Assembly (NCBI RefSeq): GCF_045810705.1
Contig: NZ_JBJMVI010000008.1
Location: 39,142 to 103,141, forward strand
DNA length: 64,000 nucleotides
Direction of reading: 5' to 3'
From: Sphingomonas sp.
GTDB lineage: Bacteria; Pseudomonadota; Alphaproteobacteria; Sphingomonadales; Sphingomonadaceae
Part shown: positions 27,880-36,857 of the stretch, one piece after another
Layout of the letters: every line of letters begins with the position of its first letter
Numbering within the stretch: position 1 is the stretch's first letter
Position numbers and translations under genes: made by a program
The notes under the pieces: model-generated
The model's input: the letters and a program-made list of their open reading frames with translations, nothing else
The model's database searches: none
Told to the model about the DNA's origin: nothing

Positions 27880-29649
27880 ATGCGGTACGCATTAGCTAGC
27901 CAGTCACCTCCAAACGCCAAACGTTGCGCAATCTACACGCGCAAGAGTTCGGAGCAGGGATTGGAGCACAATTTCAGCTCCCTGGAGGCACAACGGGAGA
28001 TCTGTTCCGCATACATCGCCAGTCAGAGTCCAAACGGCTGGAGTGAGCTGCCGAAGCACTACGATGATGGTGGGTATTCCGGCGGGACTTTAATGCGACC
28101 CGCGCTCCAGGAGCTGCTTGCCGATGTAGAAGCTGGTGTCGTCGATAATATCGTGATTTACAAATTGGATCGCATCAGCCGCAGCCTGATCGATTTCATT
28201 CGGCTGATGGACCTGTTGCAATCCTATGATGTCGGGTTTGTCGCCGTTACGCAGAACTTCGACACAGGAGATTCGACCGGAAGACTGATCCTCAACGTCT
28301 TGCTCACCTTCGCGCAGTTTGAGCGCGAGATCGCTTCCGACCGTCTCAAGGACAAGTTTACCGCCATGCGACAGCGCGGAATGTTTGTCGGTGGAAACGT
28401 GCCCTTCGGGTTCAATCTCCTGGATAAAAAGCTGGTCATAAATCCAGCTGAAGCCGCGGTCGTCCGATGGATGTTCAATCGGTATCTAGAGACAAAAGGC
28501 ATGGCTCGGATCGCGAAGGAGCTGCGCGCAAAGGGCGTCGTGCGGAGAAGCCGGATCTCCAAAAGAGGCAGGCTTGTGCAAGGTCGGCCCATCTCCACTT
28601 CGGCCATCTTCTATATGCTCGCCAACCCGATCTACGTTGGTGAGGTTTTCAACAACGGAAAGGTGTATCCAGGCCTGCACGAACCGATCGTAGACGGGGC
28701 GGTTTGGGACGAGGTGCAAGCCCTCCGCGCGAAGCGCACGCGCGCAAAGGTGGTGGAAATTTACAAAACCGACCTCCTGCGAGACCTAATGTATGATTGC
28801 TACGGCAGAAAGATGGGGGTCTACCGAGATCATCGCTATGCCCAGGTTCGCCGCTATTACATCTCAAATCAGTCAGAATGGGGCCGCCGAAACGGGGTTA
28901 GGCGCTATCGCACGAAAGCAGATGAGTTGGAGCAACTCGTGGTCGCCGCCATCGCATCGCACTTTGCAGATCGTGAGCGCATTCGGTCGATGCTCATCAG
29001 GGCCGGCATCCGAGACGAACGCCTGAACAAGTTATCGACCGTCGGACAGGGGGCATCGCGATGGTTCGCGACAGCGTCCAACCGGCAAAAGATTTGTGTC
29101 CTGCAAACTCTAATCGCACGAATTGAGCTAAGCGGAACCCTAATTAAGATAATGGTGCGCGTGGCTGAGATCCCCAGAATCCTGCAGTGGGATAGAGTGG
29201 GGTTATTTCGCGCGGATTTGCAGACCCGTACTCGATCAGAAGACACGGAAGTGATCGAAGTACCCGCAACTACTATCTGCATGAAGCGTGAGTTGACTCT
29301 GTTACTAAAGAAGCGCGGGCAAGAGCAGCAAAGCACGCCCAATCGCAGGCTGATTGGTTTGCTGTCGAAAGCGCGGCAAGCTCAAGCGGCGCTAGATGAA
29401 CGAACGGTTCGGAATGTGACCGAACTTGCCGCGAAGGTGCACTGCCATCCGAAGCGCTTCACTCGAGTTGCCCGCCTCAACTATTTGGCCCCCGACATCG
29501 TAGCAGCCATTCGTGATGGCACGCAGCCACCCGACCTGAATTGCAAGACGCTCATGTCTGTGGATCTGCCGATGGATTGGAGTTTGCAAAGACGACTTCT
29601 TGGCTTTGCGGATCAGCCCGATTTTTTACGCGCGGCGCCAGGCTGGTAA
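27880..29649 (+). CDS. Second large serine recombinase
   Basis: RCAIYTRKSS, YDDGGYSG, IYKLDRISRS, TFAQFERE, and a C-terminal RLNYLAPDIVAAIRDG tail similar to the left recombinase. Confidence 0.93.
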   Translation: MRYALASQSPPNAKRCAIYTRKSSEQGLEHNFSSLEAQREICSAYIASQSPNGWSELPKHYDDGGYSGGTLMRPALQELLADVEAGVVDNIVIYKLDRISRSLIDFIRLMDLLQSYDVGFVAVTQNFDTGDSTGRLILNVLLTFAQFEREIASDRLKDKFTAMRQRGMFVGGNVPFGFNLLDKKLVINPAEAAVVRWMFNRYLETKGMARIAKELRAKGVVRRSRISKRGRLVQGRPISTSAIFYMLANPIYVGEVFNNGKVYPGLHEPIVDGAVWDEVQALRAKRTRAKVVEIYKTDLLRDLMYDCYGRKMGVYRDHRYAQVRRYYISNQSEWGRRNGVRRYRTKADELEQLVVAAIASHFADRERIRSMLIRAGIRDERLNKLSTVGQGASRWFATASNRQKICVLQTLIARIELSGTLIKIMVRVAEIPRILQWDRVGLFRADLQTRTRSEDTEVIEVPATTICMKRELTLLLKKRGQEQQSTPNRRLIGLLSKARQAQAALDERTVRNVTELAAKVHCHPKRFTRVARLNYLAPDIVAAIRDGTQPPDLNCKTLMSVDLPMDWSLQRRLLGFADQPDFLRAAPGW

Positions 29650-29690
29650 ACCTTGAGGGACCTCGCCCCCTGGCCAGGGGCCGATAGCGC

Positions 29691-30212
29691 CTAGAACGCC
29701 TTGTGCATATTGAGCAAAACGACGCCCCCTTGGACGACCGCGCTGATTTGTGCGGCTCGAAGTGCAGTGTGTGGATCGCGATCCACAATGACTTTGAATA
29801 CGGCGAAGTGAACCAATCCCAGGCCGAGCTTTGCCGCGACGATCGTTCCGGTCGAGGGATGATGTCCCCAGATAAAGTTTCCTTCCGTGCAACGATTGCG
29901 GTTGAGACAGCTAATTGTCTCCGCGGCGTCAATGGCGCTGAGCGCTAAAAAGGCAGCCTCCCATTTATAGGCTGCCGATTTTGTGGCTTGGTCCGGATTG
30001 AGCAGCACGGCTTGGCCAGACACGGACCGCACGGTGGTGGCATTTGGCTGAAGATCAAGCGAGGCAGGTTGCAGTTTGTAACCACCCAATTTCGTGTTCT
30101 GTTCCTGCGCTAGCCGCATAGCCCGATCGAGCGCAGATTGCGCGGGAGCTTCAGTGGGAACCGCAATCGACAAAGCAACGGCGATAATTCTGACGACTGA
30201 ACGATAAGACAT
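29691..30212 (-). CDS. Hypothetical exported/membrane protein
   Basis: Signal-like N-terminus; C-terminal LSAIDAAETISC...EGNFIWG hydrophobic domain. Confidence 0.55.
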   Translation of the reverse strand: MSYRSVVRIIAVALSIAVPTEAPAQSALDRAMRLAQEQNTKLGGYKLQPASLDLQPNATTVRSVSGQAVLLNPDQATKSAAYKWEAAFLALSAIDAAETISCLNRNRCTEGNFIWGHHPSTGTIVAAKLGLGLVHFAVFKVIVDRDPHTALRAAQISAVVQGGVVLLNMHKAF

Positions 30213-30505
30213 TGAATCCCCCACAATTTGGTGGGACGAGCATGCATCTTTGCCGCCCGATTTCTTGCCCTATCTGCTCCGAACTGGGCGCGTTGAATGG
30301 GTAGCTAAAACGCCTGGAAGGACTTTCCGAAATTCGGGTCCCCGGATTCGTCTGATTTGTTAGGTAAATCCAAATCGCACTTGCTTTCGTCCGATTTGGG
30401 GACGACTTGGGGGGTGCCGAATCGCCCCCGAGGCGGAGTGTTTGAGTGCCGCAGTCAAAACGGAAGAGGCTGCGTGGCGGGCAGCCAGGTCCCAGACCGC
30501 TAAAG

Positions 30506-30709
30506 ATGTCCGAGATCCCGGTCGTCGATCCCCACGGGGATCGGGCCAAGGTATTCGTGCGCGAGTTTCGGCAATCGGTACCCGGCTCTCCGGTCGAACG
30601 AAAACATGTCGCCTACGAATTGAACTCAGGCGAGCGTGTCCAATTGCTCGACAATGACACTTTCATACTCGCCAGCACCGGCGCGAGGTTCGTCCGCGTC
30701 CCTGAATGA
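30506..30709 (+). CDS. Small hypothetical protein
   Basis: 67 aa MSEIPVVDPHG...YELNSGERV...DTFIL..TGARFVRV. Confidence 0.45.
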   Translation: MSEIPVVDPHGDRAKVFVREFRQSVPGSPVERKHVAYELNSGERVQLLDNDTFILASTGARFVRVPE

Positions 30710-30802
30710 ACTGCGTTGTGCGTTGGAACCCTGCTTTCAGCGTCTCCACATCGGATCAGGAAGCTGTATCCGAAGATCGTTGGGTCGGTTTTGTTGTGCG
30801 TC

Positions 30803-31720
30803 ATGACACGCACTCATTCCTTCCGGCTAATTGCCAGCGCAGCCATGTTCGCCGCCAGCGCCACGCCCGCCCATTCGTCGATCTTCGATCAGGATGATCG
30901 CGAATATGTGAGCCTGGTGGAGGGTTCGCCATATTCTCCAGTTGGTGTGGTCACGCACGGAGTTCTTTTATATACTTTCACGACCGGCTTCCTGGTTGAC
31001 GATTGCCATGTGCTCACTTCACCGGCGGCCTTCGGTTACGGGCAGGCTCTGCTTGGCAAGCGGGCGAAGTTTCAAGCGGGATTCGGAACGCCGCAATTTG
31101 CATCTACAAAGGGTACGGTCGTCGCTGCCGGTCCGTATGGACGAGATCGGACGATGAAGGAGCGATACGAACGGGGCGGAGGACGTTGGGTCCTGCTTCG
31201 CCTGGACCAGTGCCTCGGAGCGAGGTTGGGACATGTCGCGCTGAAAACTGGCCCATTCAGTCCGTATGAGTTCCGTGACTTGAAAAGCGCCGGCTATCCG
31301 GCTCGCCGGAGCAGAAAAAACGGCATTACGATCGATCCCTCGTGTCGCATTATTAGTGGCATGGGCACCATCTGGAATGACGATTGCGCGACTCTCAAGG
31401 GCGATGCCGGCGATCCCATCTTTCGAATTTCAGGTTCCGGCACCAAGTCCCAAATAGAAGTTTATGCGATGCAGGCTTACGGTTTCACCCCGGGGGTGCC
31501 CGTCCCGCTAACGGCCGGCCTCGAAAACCAGGCAATACCGATGTCCCTGATCGCACCGCAGATCGAACCCTACTTGTCCGCAAATGGGCAGCGCCGGGCT
31601 GGAGAATCAAACAAGCTCGGGTCACAGCGCGCCGATGCGGTACCTCATATCGGCCCAGGCGTTGGCGCTCCTTCTAACAGGCCTCTGCTGGATACGAGTC
31701 TGGGCGAAACCAACCGCTAA
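30803..31720 (+). CDS. Secreted trypsin-fold protein lacking the catalytic triad
   Basis: Signal peptide; TGFLVDDCHVLTSPAAF, RWVLLRLD, SAGYP, HDC-equivalent DDCATLKGDAGDPIF. Confidence 0.7.
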   Translation: MTRTHSFRLIASAAMFAASATPAHSSIFDQDDREYVSLVEGSPYSPVGVVTHGVLLYTFTTGFLVDDCHVLTSPAAFGYGQALLGKRAKFQAGFGTPQFASTKGTVVAAGPYGRDRTMKERYERGGGRWVLLRLDQCLGARLGHVALKTGPFSPYEFRDLKSAGYPARRSRKNGITIDPSCRIISGMGTIWNDDCATLKGDAGDPIFRISGSGTKSQIEVYAMQAYGFTPGVPVPLTAGLENQAIPMSLIAPQIEPYLSANGQRRAGESNKLGSQRADAVPHIGPGVGAPSNRPLLDTSLGETNR

Positions 31721-31890
31721 ACGAGTTCAGAGCGCGGCTTTCGTGACCGCGTTGACGGTTGTGCTCAGAGCCTTCGCGCTTTCGCTGGCAATTGTTCTGA
31801 ACAGGTAATGATACTCACGGTCGAGTTAAGAGCGCGCGAGCAGTTGCTTCGTGTTTAGACCCAATTCGGAATCGTTTCATTCTGAATCGG

Positions 31891-32505
31891 ATGTGTCTTG
31901 CCATCTTTGTTTTTCGCGAATACTTAACCGGCGCTCGGTTCAAACAGGTCGCCTGCGGGGACCGAGAAGGAACGCGCATAGTGTCCTGCCAAGACAACCT
32001 CTACATTCCTGAGATCGGCAACGTACCGCGGGAGCTCCCGTTAGACGACGATCAGCTGCAGTTAGGCCTACGACTCGGGCTCGACGAGGTGGCTGCAGCA
32101 GAAGAAGAGAGATTGCGCCGTGCTCCCCGCAGGCGGCCTACCCAATCCCAGTTGCATCGTTTGGCTTACAATCTCTACCGTGCGCGGCGATCGCGCAGCC
32201 GACTTTTCGATCCGCAACTCTTCGGCGAGCCAGCTTGGGATATGTTATTGGCGCTCTATAGCCTTCCTCCGCGAGGTGAAGTGCTCGGCGTCTCCTCCCT
32301 AAGCCTTGCTGCCGAAGTTCCCGGAACGACCGGTCTCAGGTGGCAGGACAAACTAATAGATGAAGGGCTCATCAAGCGTGGGCCTCATGTTCGCGATGCG
32401 CGGATACAGCTGGTCGGCCTTTCTCAACTTGGACGCCTGCTGATGGATCGATACCTGGTCAGGCTCTTCTATTGCCAGGGCGGTTTGATTGATGTGCGTG
32501 GCTGA
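31891..32505 (+). CDS. MarR-like winged-helix protein (start uncertain)
   Basis: ARRSRSRLF...LFGEPAWDMLL...VSSLSLAAEVPGTTGLRW...GLIKR...DAR...LS. Confidence 0.7.
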   Translation: MCLAIFVFREYLTGARFKQVACGDREGTRIVSCQDNLYIPEIGNVPRELPLDDDQLQLGLRLGLDEVAAAEEERLRRAPRRRPTQSQLHRLAYNLYRARRSRSRLFDPQLFGEPAWDMLLALYSLPPRGEVLGVSSLSLAAEVPGTTGLRWQDKLIDEGLIKRGPHVRDARIQLVGLSQLGRLLMDRYLVRLFYCQGGLIDVRG

Positions 32506-32566
32506 CTATAGTTGCAATTGAGGCCTAAAAAGGCGAGGCTTACACGGATGTAAGCCGGGGGCTCGG

Positions 32567-32755
32567 ATGGCCGGTGCGCGTAATTCCGTTTCGCGTGAGC
32601 AAGTGCTCAAGCGAGCGCTGAAACTTTCAACAGAGGCGATGGACCTCTTGGACGCACACGGGAGCGATCCTAAAGCCGCGGCCTACTTGGCCTTGGCGCA
32701 ACAGCAACTGCGAACATCGATCGGCGAGCCCGATTCAGAGCAGAACGCCACATAA
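32567..32755 (+). CDS. Small hypothetical protein
   Basis: 62 aa ORF; ALKLSTEAMDLLDAH...AAAYLALA helical hairpin. Confidence 0.4.
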   Translation: MAGARNSVSREQVLKRALKLSTEAMDLLDAHGSDPKAAAYLALAQQQLRTSIGEPDSEQNAT

Positions 32756-33074
32756 GCGCTGCCACGCGGCTGCCGACCACAGTTGCGTTGTTTGCGACAT
32801 CGCTAGGCCCAGTGCCGCCTGAGCCCGCCGAGGCGCACCTAGGCGGCCTCAATGCGAAGGGCTGTCAAACAAACAGACAGACCGGCGAATAATCATTGCC
32901 ATCGGACTTCCTGTTCAGCCCCCTGTGGCCCATCTGTGGTCGACGGCTGATGAACGCCCAAAGGACACAAAAAGGGAGCTGGCGCGTCCGTTCGCACCAG
33001 CCCCTTTTTTGATCCAGCACGCTGAACACCAAGTTGCTGCCCTCGCAAATCCTACATTGCAAGCGTCTGCTTGC

Positions 33075-33266
33075 CTACGCGGGCTTTGCTCCCTTGCTGC
33101 CGCACTTGGCATAATGACCCTTCGCGTCACGGCATCGTGTCAGCTTCACCGGAGCCTTAGTGCATTTCACGAACTTGCCTTTGGCGTCACGGCATGGCGC
33201 ACCAAACGCAGGAGCTGAACCGGCAACCAGACCCAACGCAGACAAGGCGATTATGATCTTTCGCAT
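33075..33266 (-). CDS. Small secreted basic protein with two CRDAKGxF/YxKC repeats
   Basis: 63 aa: MRKIIIALSALGLVAGSAPAFGAP-CRDAKGKFVKC-TKAPVKLTR-CRDAKGHYAKC-GSKGAKPA, preceded by a GGGAGA SD. Confidence 0.7.
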   Translation of the reverse strand: MRKIIIALSALGLVAGSAPAFGAPCRDAKGKFVKCTKAPVKLTRCRDAKGHYAKCGSKGAKPA

Positions 33267-33585
33267 GTCATTCTCCCTCAGGTGGGGAGCGTAGCCTACG
33301 CTCGGGATGCCGAAACGCACGTTACATTTGCGACAATGTCGACAGCGGCTCCAGCGGCGAAAGCTTCCGCCTTCCACCCAGAGTTGCCACTAGGCTTTGC
33401 GCCATCGGTTGAGGTTCGCTCCTAGCAAGGGAGCCTCTTCATGAACCCGCCAACCGCGTTGCCGCGCATTGTCGGGCCAAGCTGCCACTGCGACCGAGTC
33501 GATGGCGGACGCTTCGCTAATGTCGTGAATGGGTCAAAGCATGCATTAGGTGAGCCGCCACAGCTCAGCCGCGAGTCTCATGCCA

Positions 33586-34416
33586 TCAACTCCATTGGCG
33601 CTTGGATCTGGGCTTCTTCCGATCGGCAGCGAACTCTGCGAGCGTCTTTCCTTCGCGCGACGCATCCTGGTGATACGAGCGGTCCACCAATTTTTCCTTG
33701 TATCGATCGGGCGCTGCATCATTAATGAGATCGAAAATGCGTTGCTCAAAATGCCACTCGATTAGCCAGCGCTCTCTTGTTTTGGGGTCACGCGCTCTTC
33801 GATGCTTTGCCGCGAAATAGGTCACTTCTGCCTGCGCTTCGGCCCGACGCTCAAAACGCGTGTCCCACTCAACCTTCTCTTCTTTGGTGAGTGGGCCGCG
33901 GATGTTCACCGTCCCCTTTCGAAAGTCCAGAATCACATCATCCGGATGCGGAAGTGGTGTGGGCATCGGCCGGCCGTCGCGCTCACAACGCTCGATCTCC
34001 TCGGTCCATTTCGTCTTGTAGGTGAGGAAGCTCTCAAGGGACTCCAGACGTGACTGGAGCTCCGCGTCCTCGACCCGCTGCACCATTTCCGCGAGCGTTT
34101 TCTGAGCGAATCTGTTTCCCTTCATGGCAGATACGCCCATCGCGCGCATGACCGCCTGGATCGCGGGGATCTCGAATATTTCGTCTCCTTCGCGGATCGT
34201 TACCGGTCGATAGGCTTCCTGGAGTATCAGTTCGTTGGTTGGTCGCTGGGCTGGGTCGAATTGAGGCTGCGCCTTACCTTTACTCCCTCGAGGTCTCCCG
34301 CCTGGGTTTCCGGACTGCCCTTTCTTGAAGCGATGCTCGACCGGAGGGCTTGCGTAACCCACCTTTTGCAGGGCCGGCAGGTTGCTCCGATTGCTGTTGT
34401 CGCCGCCGCTCATCAA
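33586..34416 (-). CDS. DUF5681 domain protein
   Basis: KVGYASPPVEHRFKKGQSGNPGGRPRG. Confidence 0.85.
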   Translation of the reverse strand: MMSGGDNSNRSNLPALQKVGYASPPVEHRFKKGQSGNPGGRPRGSKGKAQPQFDPAQRPTNELILQEAYRPVTIREGDEIFEIPAIQAVMRAMGVSAMKGNRFAQKTLAEMVQRVEDAELQSRLESLESFLTYKTKWTEEIERCERDGRPMPTPLPHPDDVILDFRKGTVNIRGPLTKEEKVEWDTRFERRAEAQAEVTYFAAKHRRARDPKTRERWLIEWHFEQRIFDLINDAAPDRYKEKLVDRSYHQDASREGKTLAEFAADRKKPRSKRQWS

Positions 34417-35729
34417 GCGGCCTGCGCCGACATGAGGACGCGCTCAGCGACCTCTTCAAACGTCTCGCCCGACGTCGCCAAGGTTGCCCGCTTACCGGTG
34501 AACAGTTCCCAACGCCTGACGATCGTGTCGCAATAGGTCGGATCGTATTCGATTAGGCGCGCAATGCGGCCCGTCCTCTCCGCAGCTATGAGGGTGCTGC
34601 CTGAACCACCAAAGGCATCGAGGACAATCTCTCCTCGTCTGGAACAGTCGCGCAGAGCATCGGCTATCATAGCCACCGGCTTGACGGTGGGGTGCATCGC
34701 GAGTTCCTCGGCGCGATTTGTCGTCATTGAACTGATGCCCGCGTAGTCCCAAACGTTGGTTCGGTAGCGGCCGGTTTCGCCAAGGCCGAAGCTGTTGGTG
34801 TGCTCGCCTTTCCCCGCTTTGAATACAAAGACTAGCTCATGCTTGGAGCGGTAGAATGCACCCATGCCGCCATTGGTCTTGTTCCACACGACCAGGTTCT
34901 TCAGTTCCGTGAACGCCGCCTCGCCCGCTGCGAGCAGCTCGCCCATGTGGCGCCAGTCCATGCAAACGAATGCGATCGCTCCATCGCGCATGGAGGCGGA
35001 GGTTGCCGACAGGGTCTCAGTCAGGAAGGCGGTGAATTGTGCCTTGTTCATTTCGCCGCTCGCGAATGCGAACTCACGATGCTTCACGCTGCCCAGGCCC
35101 GAAACATGGCCGCCAATCGGAACATTGTAGGGAGGGTCGGTGAACACGATATCGGCCCGTTCGGGGCCAAGAAGGGCAGCATAGTCCTCCGCTCTTCGAG
35201 CGTCCCCACAGATGACCTTGTGGCGACCGAGCAGCCAAACATCGCCGCAAGCGGTCACCGCCGCGTCGGCAAGTTGCGGAATCTGATCCTCGGCAGAGTC
35301 CGGGCCCTCCGGATCGCCCTCGCACATATCATCAAGGATGAAATCCGTTTCAGCGAGGCTGAAACCCGTCAGTTCGATATCGAATTCCAGGTCGATGAGC
35401 CCCTGGAGTTCGATGGCCAGGATCTCACGGTCCCAGCCGGCATTCAGCGCCAACTTGTTGTCGGCGAGAACGTATGCCCTTCGTTCGGCGTCTGTCAGGT
35501 GTGAGAGAGCAATGGTGGGAACTGACTGAAGGCCGAGCAACTTCGCTGCCTCGACGCGACCGTGGCCGGCAACGATCTCGCCGCTGTCCGTGATCAGGAT
35601 TGGGTTGGTAAAGCCGAACCTTTGGATCGATGCTGCGATCTGCTTAATCTGCTTTTTGGAATGAGATCGCGCATTCAGGCCGTACGGCCTGAGTTCGTCC
35701 GGACGACGCTCGTTGAGCTTCATCATCAT
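34413..35729 (-). CDS. ParB/Srx N-terminal domain - N6/N4 DNA methyltransferase (beta class)
   Basis: NARSHSKKQIKQIAASIQRFGFTNPIL...AGHGRVEAA (ParB); FTDPPYN, HPTVKP, LDAFGGSGSTLIAAE (MTase). Confidence 0.93.
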   Translation of the reverse strand: MMMKLNERRPDELRPYGLNARSHSKKQIKQIAASIQRFGFTNPILITDSGEIVAGHGRVEAAKLLGLQSVPTIALSHLTDAERRAYVLADNKLALNAGWDREILAIELQGLIDLEFDIELTGFSLAETDFILDDMCEGDPEGPDSAEDQIPQLADAAVTACGDVWLLGRHKVICGDARRAEDYAALLGPERADIVFTDPPYNVPIGGHVSGLGSVKHREFAFASGEMNKAQFTAFLTETLSATSASMRDGAIAFVCMDWRHMGELLAAGEAAFTELKNLVVWNKTNGGMGAFYRSKHELVFVFKAGKGEHTNSFGLGETGRYRTNVWDYAGISSMTTNRAEELAMHPTVKPVAMIADALRDCSRRGEIVLDAFGGSGSTLIAAERTGRIARLIEYDPTYCDTIVRRWELFTGKRATLATSGETFEEVAERVLMSAQAA

Positions 35730-35913
35730 GAGCCCTCCCATTTAACGCGCGCGAAACCCCCTAGCGCGCCTCAGACACGTGAGAATTCGGTGAGACATTT
35801 TCAAGAACGAGCCATGAACATCTGAGCGTCGGAATCGGGCGATTCATCGCGTCGGACAAGCAGGAGCACAAATCGCTGTTCCTGCGGACAAGGGACTGTT
35901 TCAATCGAAAGGG

Positions 35914-36062
35914 TTCCCTGATTCCGCGGCGGGATTTCCCTGTTCGTGCGCTCAGGGAATGTGTCCAGAGAATGGCGCAGAACTCGCGTTCCGAGAGCGC
36001 GCCGCTGCGCTGGGTGATCAAAAAGTACGAAATTCGCTGTAGATTGCGACGAAACAGGGATT
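35914..36062. repeat. Cluster of TTCCCTG/CAGGGA(A) direct and inverted motifs at the island right end
   Basis: TTCCCTG 35914-35920, TTCCCTGTT 35936-35944, CAGGGAA 35953-35959, TTCGCTGT 36033-36040, AACAGGGATT 36053-36062. Confidence 0.65.
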
Positions 36063-36093
36063 ATCAGGCTAGATAGCGGTTATCGCGCGCCTG

Positions 36094-36110
36094 CTTAGCG
36101 CACCATTCCC
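36094..36110 (+). repeat. Putative attR core CTTAGCG-CACCATTCCC
   Basis: 15/18 match to the tRNA-Thr 3' end region 3959-3976, located where island-type genes stop. Confidence 0.6.
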
Positions 36111-36226
36111 TTCCCTTGGGAGGGTCATCGCCATCCTATCACGGATGACGGCCCTTGCTCAGTCGATCCGCACCAATGTGGCGAGCCGTTAATGCCCGGG
36201 GGGCTGGTAAGCCCAGACCAATCGCC

Positions 36227-36634
36227 TCAGTCTCTGCGTAGGGCGATCGGAGTTGCCCATAACTGAAGCGCTTTTCTTTCCGCAGCACTCAAAGGACCGC
36301 AACTCAATCCCGGACGACGAAATTGAGGCTCGAACCTCTGCCTCGGCTTTGGAACCTGGCGCAGCAGCTCATCGCGTCCAAGCTTGCGCTCGAAGGCAAT
36401 GCCGGCGAGTTGTCCCTCGACCCAGACGACACGACCCTCAAGCCGCAGGTCGTTGCGTTGGAAGATGATCGGCGATCCCTCAACTGGCATCACTGTGCTC
36501 TGAACAAGCGCGCCCTGCGACGATAGATTGCGGAGTGTGACGGGCGTCGCAATGCCGTCAACCTCGATCTGAGCGCTCAGCAGCACAGGCGAACGCTGCG
36601 AATGGCGATTCTGTGTGACTGAGCTTTCGTCCAT
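36227..36634 (-). CDS. PilZ domain protein
   Basis: QNRHSQRSPV (RxxxR-like) and LRNLSSQGA (D/NxSxxG). Confidence 0.85.
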   Translation of the reverse strand: MDESSVTQNRHSQRSPVLLSAQIEVDGIATPVTLRNLSSQGALVQSTVMPVEGSPIIFQRNDLRLEGRVVWVEGQLAGIAFERKLGRDELLRQVPKPRQRFEPQFRRPGLSCGPLSAAERKALQLWATPIALRRD

Positions 36635-36857
36635 GCCTCGCCATACAACGGGTTTGGTGAACACTTCGTTGAACGAGTTTTTGGGTCTGCATTGTGAAGC
36701 CAATCTCATGCGTTTTCATTTTCCGGTGATTTGTTCGCGAGCAGCCTGCCCGTGCGATGCCGTATGTCCTAACTAAAGATACTAGCAGGGGTGCCAATCG
36801 CGCGGCACGGTGCTAGCCGCATCAGGGAAGCGTGCAGGCGAATCATCGCCTGACAAA

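Larger units (their letters stand above)
3972..36110. mobile_element. tRNA-Thr-integrated genomic island (serine recombinase/DUF2924/DUF3489/DUF5681/ParB-MTase type), ~32 kb
   Basis: Recombinase directly after the tRNA; degenerate repeat of the tRNA 3' end at 36094-36110; backbone genes at both ends; accessory cargo; core-type genes resume after 36.2 kb. Confidence 0.85.
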
